Assembly: GCA_030603385.1 (NCBI GenBank)
Contig: JAUVXW010000021.1
Span: 1-64,000 of the forward strand
Direction of reading: 5' to 3'
From: Promethearchaeota archaeon
GTDB taxonomy: Archaea > Asgardarchaeota > Lokiarchaeia > Sigyniarchaeales > SOKP01
Length of the DNA stretch: 64,000 bases
Of this stretch, positions 32,508 to 42,420 are shown piece by piece. Under the pieces are notes generated by a model. The model searched no databases, was not told the DNA's origin, and saw nothing but the letters and a program-made list of their open reading frames with translations. The number at the start of each line of letters is the position of its first letter. The first letter of the stretch is position 1. The translations under genes and the position numbers were made by a program.

Positions 32508-33857
32508 TTATATTCCCTTATGCATTGCATGTTCAACTTCAGTAAAAGCAATATCAAGAATTTGACATGATTTTTCAACTTGTTCATGAGTTAATTCAAG
32601 AGGGGGTTGTATCCTTATAACATTACCATCAATGCCGCCTTTACCTATAAGGAGTCCTTTTTGACGACATATCTCCATTACCTTTAGCATTTCTTGAGTG
32701 GCAGGCTCCTTTGAACCTTGATCACAGACGAGTTCTATCCCTAACATCATTCCTTGTCCGCGCACATCGCCAACTATCTTGTGATCCGCTTTCAGTATCT
32801 GGAGCTGTCGCTTAAAATTCTCACCGAGTTGAATGGCTTTTTTGAGATACTGTTCTTCCTGGATTATTTCAATAACAGCAACCGCTGCTGCACACGACAA
32901 GGGATTCCCTCCAAAAGTAGTGAAAGAATCTGTTGTAGTATATTCTGCTGCATATTCAGGACGTGTTAGAATCCCTGCAATAGGGATACCGCTCCCAAAG
33001 CCTTTAGCAATGGTAATAATATCGGGATTTACTTCTGCATTCTGAATACCCCACCAATGATCACCAGTACGTCCAAATCCAGTTTGGACTTCATCAGCAA
33101 TGAAAAGTCCATCATACTCTTTCACAATTTCATAGGCAATCTGAAAAAATTCTGGAGGAGGTTGAATTATACCTCCAACTCCTTGGATCGGTTCAACAAT
33201 AAAAGCAGCAATAGCGTTATTAGTTTGAGTACGGATTATTTCACGGAGATAACGAGCACATTCAATATCACAATCAGGGTATATCTTCCCAAAAAGACAT
33301 CGGTAACAGTACCCATATGGAGTAAATCGGACACCTGGGGGATGAGACTCAGGCACGGTACGCCAACCTACGCTAGAGATCTCTCGAGTTAATTGAGTAC
33401 GTCCATGATAAGCATGAGTACATGCCACAATATAAGGATTTTTCTTACATTTTCGTGCCATAAACAGTGCCGATTCATTGGCTTCGGAACCACTATTTAC
33501 AATGAATGTCTGTGTTAAACCAGAAGGGGCAATCTGAGCTAACTTTTGTGAAAGCACCGCATAAGGAATTGATGAATACAGTGTACTGGTATATACGAGC
33601 TGGTCTATCTGCCATTTAAGTGTTGCAACAAACTTTGGATGGTGATGTCCTGTAATCTTTGTGCAGATACCGGAAAACAGATCAATATACTGTTTTCCTG
33701 AATTATCTTTTACTAATGCTCCTTCACCTTCCACAATAAGGATTGGATCTTGATAATAATGAGTAACTGCGGGTATCATATACTTTTGTTCAATGGAGAG
33801 AATCTCCTTATTTGTATATTCCTTGCGTAGATCCTTAGGAACAAGATTTTCATTCAT
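32508..33857 (-). CDS. Class III PLP aminotransferase (beta-alanine/alanine-glyoxylate/GABA-type)
   Basis: NSGSEANE, EPIQGVGG, FIADEVQTGFGRTG and IAKGFG motifs. Confidence 0.9.
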   Translation of the reverse strand: MNENLVPKDLRKEYTNKEILSIEQKYMIPAVTHYYQDPILIVEGEGALVKDNSGKQYIDLFSGICTKITGHHHPKFVATLKWQIDQLVYTSTLYSSIPYAVLSQKLAQIAPSGLTQTFIVNSGSEANESALFMARKCKKNPYIVACTHAYHGRTQLTREISSVGWRTVPESHPPGVRFTPYGYCYRCLFGKIYPDCDIECARYLREIIRTQTNNAIAAFIVEPIQGVGGIIQPPPEFFQIAYEIVKEYDGLFIADEVQTGFGRTGDHWWGIQNAEVNPDIITIAKGFGSGIPIAGILTRPEYAAEYTTTDSFTTFGGNPLSCAAAVAVIEIIQEEQYLKKAIQLGENFKRQLQILKADHKIVGDVRGQGMMLGIELVCDQGSKEPATQEMLKVMEICRQKGLLIGKGGIDGNVIRIQPPLELTHEQVEKSCQILDIAFTEVEHAMHKGI

Positions 33858-33942
33858 TTAATACACCATTTTATAGTTTTTTTGACACATCACACATCAG
33901 TAAAGAAAACTGAAAAAAAATTGATCAATTTTTCAAATTTAT

Positions 33943-33999
33943 TTACAATATAAATTTTATATAAATTAATATTGAAACATAAATTAAAAATATCTAATT
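33943..33999 (+). repeat. 57-bp direct repeat, copy 1 (promoter-like, palindromic TATAAATTTTATA)
   Basis: 55/57 identical to 35079-35135. Confidence 0.85.
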
Positions 34000-34082
34000 T
34001 CTTGACTTCTTCCTAATTATTCTCTGTTTCTTTCCTTTCTTGAGCTCTTGATAACTGAATTAAAATTTGGATTCTGATGTTT

Positions 34083-34964
34083 TTAGTTGTTTTTCATAAT
34101 CCTTTTCATAATTAAAACAAATAAGGCGATACCGACAAGTAAGCCACCACCAAAAATAATTGTCAGCATATCACCCTCTTCTATGAGATCTGGTACATAT
34201 AACCAATAATTAACAAACAGTTTTCCTCCATATTTAAATTCATAATATGTAAGAACACCATTAGAATTATATTTAACCTGTATGTCAATAGCTACACTAT
34301 TGTTTTCAAATCCTCGGGCTGGCACATTTAATGAATATCCATTAGATTTTGCTGTAGCAGAAATGTTATTATAAAACCCTCCTCGAGAATTCATTACTCC
34401 AAGAAACTCTGTTATAAAAGATGTCCAATTAATAGTTTTAGGTGCAAAAGGAACGCCCATAATACCATATGGACTAAATGAAAGAGTTAAATTAAATGTT
34501 TGTCGTAAGAAACTTGATGTATCATTCACTATATACCAAGTTCCGTTATAATATGAATGATACTGCTTAAACCAAGGTATTTCCCATCCCGCTGTTGCAT
34601 TAACAGGCGTTGAGGTGATTATTGTATTATCAAATGGAGATAGTAATGTTCCAGTTTCTTCAGAACTTATAGCTGTGATACTAAAAGGCCAATGAGATTG
34701 GGGTGGATCATGCTGCCAGATGAACCAGTCAAGGTAAACATTGAGCATGTGTAAATCTCCTAATGGCCAGAGATCACCTAAAGTTTCTTCCAAATTATCC
34801 ATAAAGTACCCTTCCCAATTTACGCTATGTAAACCGAGTCTCCATAAATATTCATTACCGTCTTGTATTCCAACATAAGACCCTTGAGCTGGAGAGACTT
34901 TAACGAAAGGAAGAAAAAGTAGCAATCCAAGGAATAAAAGGCATAATTTTTTCATCTTTTTCAT
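34083..34964 (-). CDS. Secreted, C-terminally membrane-anchored hypothetical protein
   Basis: Signal peptide MKKMKKLCLLFLGLLLFLP, C-terminal TM helix plus basic tail, many N-x-S/T sequons. Confidence 0.75.
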   Translation of the reverse strand: MKKMKKLCLLFLGLLLFLPFVKVSPAQGSYVGIQDGNEYLWRLGLHSVNWEGYFMDNLEETLGDLWPLGDLHMLNVYLDWFIWQHDPPQSHWPFSITAISSEETGTLLSPFDNTIITSTPVNATAGWEIPWFKQYHSYYNGTWYIVNDTSSFLRQTFNLTLSFSPYGIMGVPFAPKTINWTSFITEFLGVMNSRGGFYNNISATAKSNGYSLNVPARGFENNSVAIDIQVKYNSNGVLTYYEFKYGGKLFVNYWLYVPDLIEEGDMLTIIFGGGLLVGIALFVLIMKRIMKNN

Positions 34965-35078
34965 ATCTTGTTAACCTTATTTTTTATAATTATTGGTTTT
35001 TTAATTAGTTATTGCATATTAGATTTGGGCTTTGAGCATGTTTAAACTTATTAATTATTTTTTTTATTTCAAATACTA

Positions 35079-35135
35079 TTACTATATAAATTTTATATAA
35101 ATTAATATTGAAACATAAATTAGAAATATCTAATT
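35079..35135 (+). repeat. 57-bp direct repeat, copy 2 (upstream of mmsA)
   Basis: 55/57 identical to 33943-33999. Confidence 0.85.
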
Positions 35136-35155
35136 CAGAAAATCTTGATAAAGAT

Positions 35156-36634
35156 ATGAAAATCTTAAAAAATTATATTAATGGAAAATTTGTAGATTCA
35201 AAAAGCAGTAGATTCATCGAATTCATGAATCCTGCTTTAGATGAACCACTTGGTAAAATCCCGATGTCAACAAAAGAAGAAGTGGATTTAGTCGTCAAAG
35301 CAGCTAAAGATGCTTTTTCAGAATGGAGAAAAGTACCTGGAATTCAGAGGATTCAACCTCTTTTCCGGTTATTAAACCTAATTAAAGAAAATATTGATGA
35401 AATCGCAGAATCTGTCGTGATAAATCATGGTAAAGAATGGAAAGCGGCAGTAGGAGAAGTTATTCGAGCTTACCAAATGATTGAAGCCTCATTTACTATG
35501 CCTGAATATCAAAAAGGCCAGTACATGCACAACATTGCTACTGGAATTGATGAATATTCTATTCTTGAACCTTTAGGTGTTTTCATTATGATTCCCCCAT
35601 TTAATTTTCCAGCTATGATCCCATTCTGGTTTTGGCCATTTGCGGTTGCTGCGGGAAACCCTTACATCATAAAATCAAATGAACAAACCCCATTAGCGTT
35701 TCAAAATATCTTTAAATACATTGATGAGGCTGGTTTTCCGCCTGGAGTCATCAATTTTATCCATGGCGATGTAGAAATTGCTAATCAACTAATTGAACAT
35801 CCTGATGTTGTTGGTGTGTCGAGTGTGGGGTCAACTCCTGTAGCTCAAGCTATTTATAAAAAAGCAAGTAGTTTCTATAAACGAGCTCAGTGCCATGGAG
35901 GTGCCAACAACTTCTTAGTTGTTACAGAAAAAGCTAATGTTGAAAAAATCATGCCTAATATAATGAATTCGGTTTTTGGCAACTCTGGGCAACGATGTTT
36001 ATCCGGAGCAGTGATTATGACTGTAGGAAAGAAATCGTTCTACGAGAATTTTAAAGAGCAACTTCTTAAAGCAACAAAGGAACTAAAGATTGGTTATGGC
36101 ATGGATAAAGAAACTTTCATGGGACCTGTAGTCTCGAAAAAAGCACTTAACAAACTTCATGAACAAATACAAAACGGGATTGATGAGGGTGCTGAATTAA
36201 TCTTAGACGGTCGAGGATTAAAAATGCCAGGATATGAAAAGGGATATTTCTTAGGTCCCTGTTACTTTGAAAAAGCTAAACCCGGTATGACAATATATGA
36301 TGAAGAAGTTTTTGGACCAGTTGCATGTATTGATCATGTAAACAATTTAGAAGAAGCAATAAAAATAATAAATCAAAATCCGAAGGGCAATGCTGTTACA
36401 ATTTATACAGAAAGTGGAGAAGAGGCACGATTTTTTCGTGATGGTATTTATAATATACAACTTGGTATAAATATTGGTGTAGTAGCTCCTCTTGCTTGGT
36501 TTCCATTTGCGGGAGCAAAAAATTCATTTTTTGGCACCCTTCGAGCTCAAGGTTATGAAGCTTTAAAGTTTTTTACTCAAGAACGTGTAGTAATTGAAAG
36601 ATTTCATGGCAGCACGAAGATCGAGTGGGACTAA
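35156..36634 (+). CDS. mmsA: CoA-acylating (methyl)malonate-semialdehyde dehydrogenase
   Basis: PFNFPAMIPFW, VGSTPVA, FGNSGQRCLS, EEVFGPV and GINIGV motifs. The ATG at 35156 is preferred over the TTG at 35108, which lies in the promoter repeat. Confidence 0.9.
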   Translation: MKILKNYINGKFVDSKSSRFIEFMNPALDEPLGKIPMSTKEEVDLVVKAAKDAFSEWRKVPGIQRIQPLFRLLNLIKENIDEIAESVVINHGKEWKAAVGEVIRAYQMIEASFTMPEYQKGQYMHNIATGIDEYSILEPLGVFIMIPPFNFPAMIPFWFWPFAVAAGNPYIIKSNEQTPLAFQNIFKYIDEAGFPPGVINFIHGDVEIANQLIEHPDVVGVSSVGSTPVAQAIYKKASSFYKRAQCHGGANNFLVVTEKANVEKIMPNIMNSVFGNSGQRCLSGAVIMTVGKKSFYENFKEQLLKATKELKIGYGMDKETFMGPVVSKKALNKLHEQIQNGIDEGAELILDGRGLKMPGYEKGYFLGPCYFEKAKPGMTIYDEEVFGPVACIDHVNNLEEAIKIINQNPKGNAVTIYTESGEEARFFRDGIYNIQLGINIGVVAPLAWFPFAGAKNSFFGTLRAQGYEALKFFTQERVVIERFHGSTKIEWD

Positions 36635-36716
36635 ATTAATAAAACAATTTTATATTATTAAAAATTAAAAATTAATAGAATTGATTAAATCAAAAAAGAA
36701 TTGAGAGTTAAAAATT

Positions 36717-37994
36717 ATGTCATTTGAAACAATTTTCACAATGGATACCTCCAGTATCAAATATGGTCCTGGGGCGACAAGGGAGGTGGGATATGATATG
36801 AAAAAACTTGGTGCAAAACGGGTTTTAGTAGTTACAGATCCTAACCTATCTAATAGTGAACCCGTGATCGTTACCCTTCAAGCCTTACAAGAAGAAAATA
36901 TAGAAACAGTCTTGTTTGATAAAGTACGGGTTGAACCCACCGATGATTCCTTCAAAGATGTGATTAAATTTGCTATTGAGGGTCAGTTCGACGGATTTAT
37001 TGGTGTTGGGGGTGGATCAAGTATGGATACTGCTAAGGTGGCAAATTTGTATTCAACATATCCTGCAGATTTATTGGATTATGTCAACAAGCCAATTGGT
37101 AAAGCATATCCTGTACCAGGACTTTTGAAACCGATGATTGCGATCCCAACAACTGCAGGGACTGGAAGTGAAACAACAGGAGTCGCAATTTTTGATTTAG
37201 AAGCAATGCGTGCGAAAACTGGTATTGCTCATCGTGCGATACGACCAATCATGGGAATCATAGATCCTAATAATACTCGGACTGTACCGAAGATCGCCAC
37301 TGCCGCTTGTGGTTTTGATGTTCTTTGTCATGCATTGGAATCAATTACAGCTCTTCCATACAACAAACGCCCTGCTCCTGAAAGCCTTGAATTACGCCCA
37401 GCTTACCAGGGTGCTAACCCAATTAGCCACCTTTGGGCGTCTAAAGCAATTGAAATGGTTTCAAAAAATATTGTACGTGTGGTTCAAGATCCGTCCGATG
37501 ATAAAGCTCGATCAGAGATGATTCTTGCGTCTACATTTGCGGGTATCGGTTTTGGGAACGCAGGGGTTCATTTAGCTCACGGTATGTCCTATCCCGTTTC
37601 AGGGATGGTGAAGGAATACCTTCCTGAAGGATTTAAATCGGAACACCCAATCATTCCACATGGCATGTCTGTGGTACTTGCCTCTCCTGCCGTGTTTCGG
37701 TTCACCGCAAAAACAAATCCAGAACTACATTTAAACGCAGCACAATTAATGGGTGTTGATATATCTAAGGCAGATAAAAACAAAGCGGGAGAAATTATTG
37801 CCACTGAAATTATTAAACTTATGAAAGCTACGGGGATGCCTAATGGTCTGAGCGCTGTTGGTTATGGGCCGAGTGATATCGAAGACCTAGTTCAAGGAAC
37901 TTTGCCACAGCACCGTGTAACCAAGCTATCTCCTCGTCCCGCTAGTGCCGAAGATCTCAGACAATTATTCACCGAGTCAATGACCTTATGGTAA
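36717..37994 (+). CDS. Hydroxyacid-oxoacid transhydrogenase (Fe-ADH family, ADHFE1-like)
   Basis: VEPTD.SF, GGGSSMDTAKVANLY, HALESITA, RPAYQGANPIS and GVHLAHGMSYPVSG motifs. Confidence 0.9.
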   Translation: MSFETIFTMDTSSIKYGPGATREVGYDMKKLGAKRVLVVTDPNLSNSEPVIVTLQALQEENIETVLFDKVRVEPTDDSFKDVIKFAIEGQFDGFIGVGGGSSMDTAKVANLYSTYPADLLDYVNKPIGKAYPVPGLLKPMIAIPTTAGTGSETTGVAIFDLEAMRAKTGIAHRAIRPIMGIIDPNNTRTVPKIATAACGFDVLCHALESITALPYNKRPAPESLELRPAYQGANPISHLWASKAIEMVSKNIVRVVQDPSDDKARSEMILASTFAGIGFGNAGVHLAHGMSYPVSGMVKEYLPEGFKSEHPIIPHGMSVVLASPAVFRFTAKTNPELHLNAAQLMGVDISKADKNKAGEIIATEIIKLMKATGMPNGLSAVGYGPSDIEDLVQGTLPQHRVTKLSPRPASAEDLRQLFTESMTLW

Positions 37995-38020
37995 TGAATT
38001 TTAAATAATTTTTAAATTTT

Positions 38021-38818
38021 TCATCCTATTTTTGAAATTTGGCCTCCATCCACAGGGAGTATAACTGAAGTAATAAATTTTGCCTCATCTGATGCCAAGA
38101 AAAGTGCCGCATAAGCAGTATCCCAAGCATCCCCCATTCCCCCTTTTAATGGGACCATCTTATTCCTTGACTTAATTATATCTTCTTTGCTCCTTCCAGT
38201 ATTTCTCGCGATTCCTTCGATAGCCATAGGGGTGTTCATTAATCCAGGCATAATCGCATTGGCACGGATGCCTTTCTTGGCATACTTCATGGCGATTTGG
38301 TGAGTTAAAGAATTTACCCCTGATTTTGATATTTTATAAGCTACATATCTTACAGCACTAACAGCAGCAGCAGAAGAAATGTTTATTATTGAACCATTTT
38401 CCTGTTTCTCCATCACTGGTAACACATATTTACATGTGAAAAACATTCCTTTAAGGTTTACATCAAAAATTTTATCCCATATCTCTTCACTAAGTCTAAC
38501 TAAACTTTTATCTTCCTCACCGATTCCAACATTATTGACAAGAATATCAATTCGTCCGTAAATCTCCACACATTTATCGGCTATCCCACGACAATCATCT
38601 TCCCTAATAATATCTGCTTCAAATACAAAAGATTCTCTTCCCTCTTTTTCGATCATAGATTTTGTTTCTAAAGCAGAATCAAGATTCTTATCAACCAACA
38701 TTACTTTTGCACCCTCACGGGCAAAGAGGATTGATATTGCTCTTCCATTTCCTATATTGTCTCCTGGTTGTTGTCCTGCTCCAACTACTACAGCAATTTT
38801 TTCCTTTAAACGATCCAC
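38021..38818 (-). CDS. Short-chain dehydrogenase/reductase
   Basis: LVNNVGI, NISS, YKISK and VDGG motifs. Likely start is the GTG at 38818. Confidence 0.88.
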   Translation of the reverse strand: MDRLKEKIAVVVGAGQQPGDNIGNGRAISILFAREGAKVMLVDKNLDSALETKSMIEKEGRESFVFEADIIREDDCRGIADKCVEIYGRIDILVNNVGIGEEDKSLVRLSEEIWDKIFDVNLKGMFFTCKYVLPVMEKQENGSIINISSAAAVSAVRYVAYKISKSGVNSLTHQIAMKYAKKGIRANAIMPGLMNTPMAIEGIARNTGRSKEDIIKSRNKMVPLKGGMGDAWDTAYAALFLASDEAKFITSVILPVDGGQISKIG

Positions 38819-39004
38819 TATTCTATTACACCTTTTTATGCTTTTTTTTAAGATTCCTAAATTCCCAAAATATCTAATTATGAGAATCATTTAGAATTCT
38901 ATTGAAATAAAAGAAGAGCCTTTTATTTAAAAAATTTATAATTTTAGAGGTTACTATATCCTTTTATTGATATTTTTAATATGATATAAACTAATATCGA
39001 TTAA

Positions 39005-40282
39005 CTATTTCTTAAATCCACGAATATAAGTTAAAGTCTCTCTACTTTTTTTTAGGTCCCTAACTATTTGACTTTCAAGAGACTTACTAATTTCAATATT
39101 ATTTTTGGTTGTATATTCTCTTACCATTGCTCTAGTTATCTTTTCTATTTTATTATTTTTTGCCCAATTTGAGATGTTATTGACAAGTTCTCCACCATCT
39201 CCTCCCACAAATTTAGGTAAATAACACTCCGCTAAACTTTTTGTAATGAACACAGCGTAGACAAATAATCCTCTGGGATCTAATTGATTATATACCTTTG
39301 GAACCATTGGATAATCTAAAATTGTCATATGAATGTTTTTTCCAGCTTTTTGGATCTTCTTATAAAGCGGCATCCACTCATCAGCGCCATCTTGTGGCAT
39401 TCCAGGTTTTGCTCCTGGCACCCACTGAATCCCATCAACTACTTTTAAAATATCGTCAAGAAATCTAATTTGTTCAGGACCATCTAAATGGTAAAATGAA
39501 TAATCCATATGCTCTGCTTGTTGTTTAAGGTCTGGTAACACAAATCTTTCAAAATATTTCTGATTAAGCATAACACAAAAATCACTTTGCATGGTATAAT
39601 ACCGCTTAGGACACCAAAGATTTAACCATGTATCGCAGCCATCCACATGTTTATTAATAATATTTTGTAGTTCATCGTAAAGTCTCAGATATTTTTCCAT
39701 AATAATGGCTCTACACGTATCTATTAGATCTGGATTCCTTCTCATTTGAATGATAATCTCTTGAGGTCCTAGAAATGATACTAATATGTCAAGGATCCCT
39801 CCTAAATCAGTCATAGCAACACAATAATTATTTTCTGCGCCTCGCTTAGCAGCAATTTCTGTCGTACGCTTTAATCTAACATACCACTCATTATCATTGT
39901 TTAATTTAGCATTTTCAAGAAGAGGAACAATATCTTTCACCTCGGTTCTTCTGTGAAACCATATAGTACCTGATTTATATTCAGGAGCTGCACCTAATAC
40001 TGTTGCCATCGCCCCAGGGCCATAGTTAGGAAAATACCTAGGAATACATTCACCGCCCCAAACTAAACCATCACTATTGTTTTCGAGGGTGTCCAAAATT
40101 GGCTTAATCCCATCCCAATTTTTACCTAAATCATAATTTAACGCACCTGATGCTATAAGTGCCCTTGCAGAGCTCGGACTTTCTGGTATGTTATATGCAA
40201 TTGTAGGTCTATCAGTAGTTTCATGATCCCACCAAGCTTTCATTCTCTCCTTTGCTTCTTCTAAATCTTCTTTTACAATCAT
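39005..40282 (-). CDS. Uroporphyrinogen decarboxylase/corrinoid methyltransferase-like (URO-D superfamily) protein
   Basis: MQSDF...FERFVLP, YHLDG..Q and IQWVPG motifs. Confidence 0.65.
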   Translation of the reverse strand: MIVKEDLEEAKERMKAWWDHETTDRPTIAYNIPESPSSARALIASGALNYDLGKNWDGIKPILDTLENNSDGLVWGGECIPRYFPNYGPGAMATVLGAAPEYKSGTIWFHRRTEVKDIVPLLENAKLNNDNEWYVRLKRTTEIAAKRGAENNYCVAMTDLGGILDILVSFLGPQEIIIQMRRNPDLIDTCRAIIMEKYLRLYDELQNIINKHVDGCDTWLNLWCPKRYYTMQSDFCVMLNQKYFERFVLPDLKQQAEHMDYSFYHLDGPEQIRFLDDILKVVDGIQWVPGAKPGMPQDGADEWMPLYKKIQKAGKNIHMTILDYPMVPKVYNQLDPRGLFVYAVFITKSLAECYLPKFVGGDGGELVNNISNWAKNNKIEKITRAMVREYTTKNNIEISKSLESQIVRDLKKSRETLTYIRGFKK

Positions 40283-40295
40283 TTTAAATTATTAC

Positions 40296-42335
40296 CTAAC
40301 CTAAATATTCAATCTCTCCTTCTATCCTAATGTCTCTTGATGATCTTCCAATGAGGATGTTGAAAATCCCCTTCTCAGCTTTCCAGCAATTATCTTTTTC
40401 ATCAAAAAAGGAGAGATCTTCTTTCCGCAATTCAAACTTAATCGTTTTCTTCTCATTCGGTTCTAATTTAACCTTTTCAAATCCTTTAAGTTCTTTGAGC
40501 GGTCTTTCTACACTACACTCAACATCTTGGCTATATAATTGAACAACTTCCGCTCCAAAACGTTCACCTGAATTCGTGATATCTAGTGTTATATTAAGAA
40601 CCTCATCACCCGACACTTTATCCTTACCTATTTCAAGGTTTTCATATGTGAATTTGGTGTAAGATAAACCATGACCAAATGGGAAAAGTGGTTCAATATT
40701 CTGTGTTTCAAAATGACGATATCCTACAAAGATGCCCTCCTCATAAAAAACCTTCTCACTACCTGGGTAAGTGCGCTCCGAAGCATGTGCAGGTGAATCT
40801 GAAAGTTTTTTAGGAAATGTAATAGGAAGTTTACCTGAAGGATTTACATCCCCAAAAATTATGGCAGCAATTGCATTTCCCGCTTCCATTCCGCCATACC
40901 ACGCCTGCACCACAGTTGGAACCTTATCGATCCATTCAACCATAGATACTGGACTGCCACTAATGAGAATTACTATTGTATTTGGATTTTCTTTAATAGT
41001 TTTGTTTATAAGATCAATTTGACTCAATGGTAGACTAAATAAATCTTTATCCCATTGCTCAGCATCCCCCCCCTCTTTATGTCTTAAACCTACAAATAAT
41101 AGGGTTACATCTGCTTCTGAGGGATTGGTAATTATCTCCACTTGTTTTTTACACTTTTCTTTTATCCCTTCTATTGGTTTAACCTCATATGGGGGAAAAT
41201 TCGAGGAACTTCCCCCTCCTAAATAAGTTCTTTTATTTGCGGTAGGCCCTATGACAGCGATCTTTTTCACTTTTTCTAGATCTAGTGGAAGAAGATCTCC
41301 TGTATTTTTTAAAAGTACTATTCCCTCTTCAGCGATTTCACGAGCTAAGGCTTGGTGTTCAGGGGTGTTACGACTACCTTTTGGTAACGTGTTCTCATCA
41401 TCGAAAAGCCCTACAAGAAACATCACTCTCAGCAATCGTTTTACATTTTCATTAAATATTTCTAGCGTAAATTTTCCTTCCTTATAAGCTTGCGACATCT
41501 TATTAGTATTATATTTAATGGCTGTTGGCATTTCAAGTGTTAGTCCTGCATTTATGCAACTTTCCGTGGTAGTACCCCACCTTGTGGCTGCCCAGTCGGT
41601 AACTACAAAACCCCTAAATCCCCATTCATCCATCAACACTTCTTTTAGAAGGTGTTTATTTTCTGCACCATAAATTCCGTTAAGCTTATTATAACAACTC
41701 ATTACAGACCAAGCATCAGCTTCTTGTACTGCTGCCTTGAAGGCTGGATAGTATATCTCCTGTAAAGCTCTTTCACTAACTTCTGAACTTACTGTAAACC
41801 GGTTTGTTTCTTGATTATTACATATGAAATGTTTTATACAAGCAGCAACTCTCTGACTTTGAACTCCCTTTACGACAGCAATCGCTGATTTTTTATTTAA
41901 GTATGGATCCTCTGTTTGATATTCAAAGGTGCGACCACACATCGGGGTTCTATGAATGTTAATTCCTGGAGCAAGTAGCATATGTGCCCCAACATCACGT
42001 ATCTCTTGTGCTATTGCAACTCCGAATTTTCCAGATAAATCTAGATTCCATGTGGCAGTTCTACATATAGCTGAAGGAAAATAAGTACTTCTAATCTTTC
42101 CTTCATTATCAACTCGAACACCATGAGGTCCATCGTGCATTGCAAACGATCGAATTCCTAATCTTTTTATCGGTTTTGTATACCACCACTGCTTCCCAGA
42201 GCTTATCATAAACTTTTCTTGTAATGTCAATCGTTCTAGCAAATCTTCTACTCTACTTTCAAGATCGAGGTTAATATCCATAAAAGGTAATTTCGATAAA
42301 TCCAATTCTGATCTTTCTTTACTCATATTAAGCAT
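40296..42335 (-). CDS. GH3 beta-glucosidase
   Basis: DGPHGVR, KHFICNNQE, VVTDW, PSGKLPITFP, FPFGHGLSYT and LKGFEKV motifs. Confidence 0.93.
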   Translation of the reverse strand: MLNMSKERSELDLSKLPFMDINLDLESRVEDLLERLTLQEKFMISSGKQWWYTKPIKRLGIRSFAMHDGPHGVRVDNEGKIRSTYFPSAICRTATWNLDLSGKFGVAIAQEIRDVGAHMLLAPGINIHRTPMCGRTFEYQTEDPYLNKKSAIAVVKGVQSQRVAACIKHFICNNQETNRFTVSSEVSERALQEIYYPAFKAAVQEADAWSVMSCYNKLNGIYGAENKHLLKEVLMDEWGFRGFVVTDWAATRWGTTTESCINAGLTLEMPTAIKYNTNKMSQAYKEGKFTLEIFNENVKRLLRVMFLVGLFDDENTLPKGSRNTPEHQALAREIAEEGIVLLKNTGDLLPLDLEKVKKIAVIGPTANKRTYLGGGSSSNFPPYEVKPIEGIKEKCKKQVEIITNPSEADVTLLFVGLRHKEGGDAEQWDKDLFSLPLSQIDLINKTIKENPNTIVILISGSPVSMVEWIDKVPTVVQAWYGGMEAGNAIAAIIFGDVNPSGKLPITFPKKLSDSPAHASERTYPGSEKVFYEEGIFVGYRHFETQNIEPLFPFGHGLSYTKFTYENLEIGKDKVSGDEVLNITLDITNSGERFGAEVVQLYSQDVECSVERPLKELKGFEKVKLEPNEKKTIKFELRKEDLSFFDEKDNCWKAEKGIFNILIGRSSRDIRIEGEIEYLG

Positions 42336-42420
42336 CCTATTTAATTATAAATAAAATTTTATAATAATATTAAGACTTATGAAAAATGCAGATATTCTAA
42401 AGTTCCTTACATTTTGGTGA

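Noticed and set aside
42418-42420. In-frame TGA as selenocysteine
   Set aside because: It lies before a signal-peptide-like region, not at a Cys-equivalent position, and is part of a GGTGA ribosome-binding motif.
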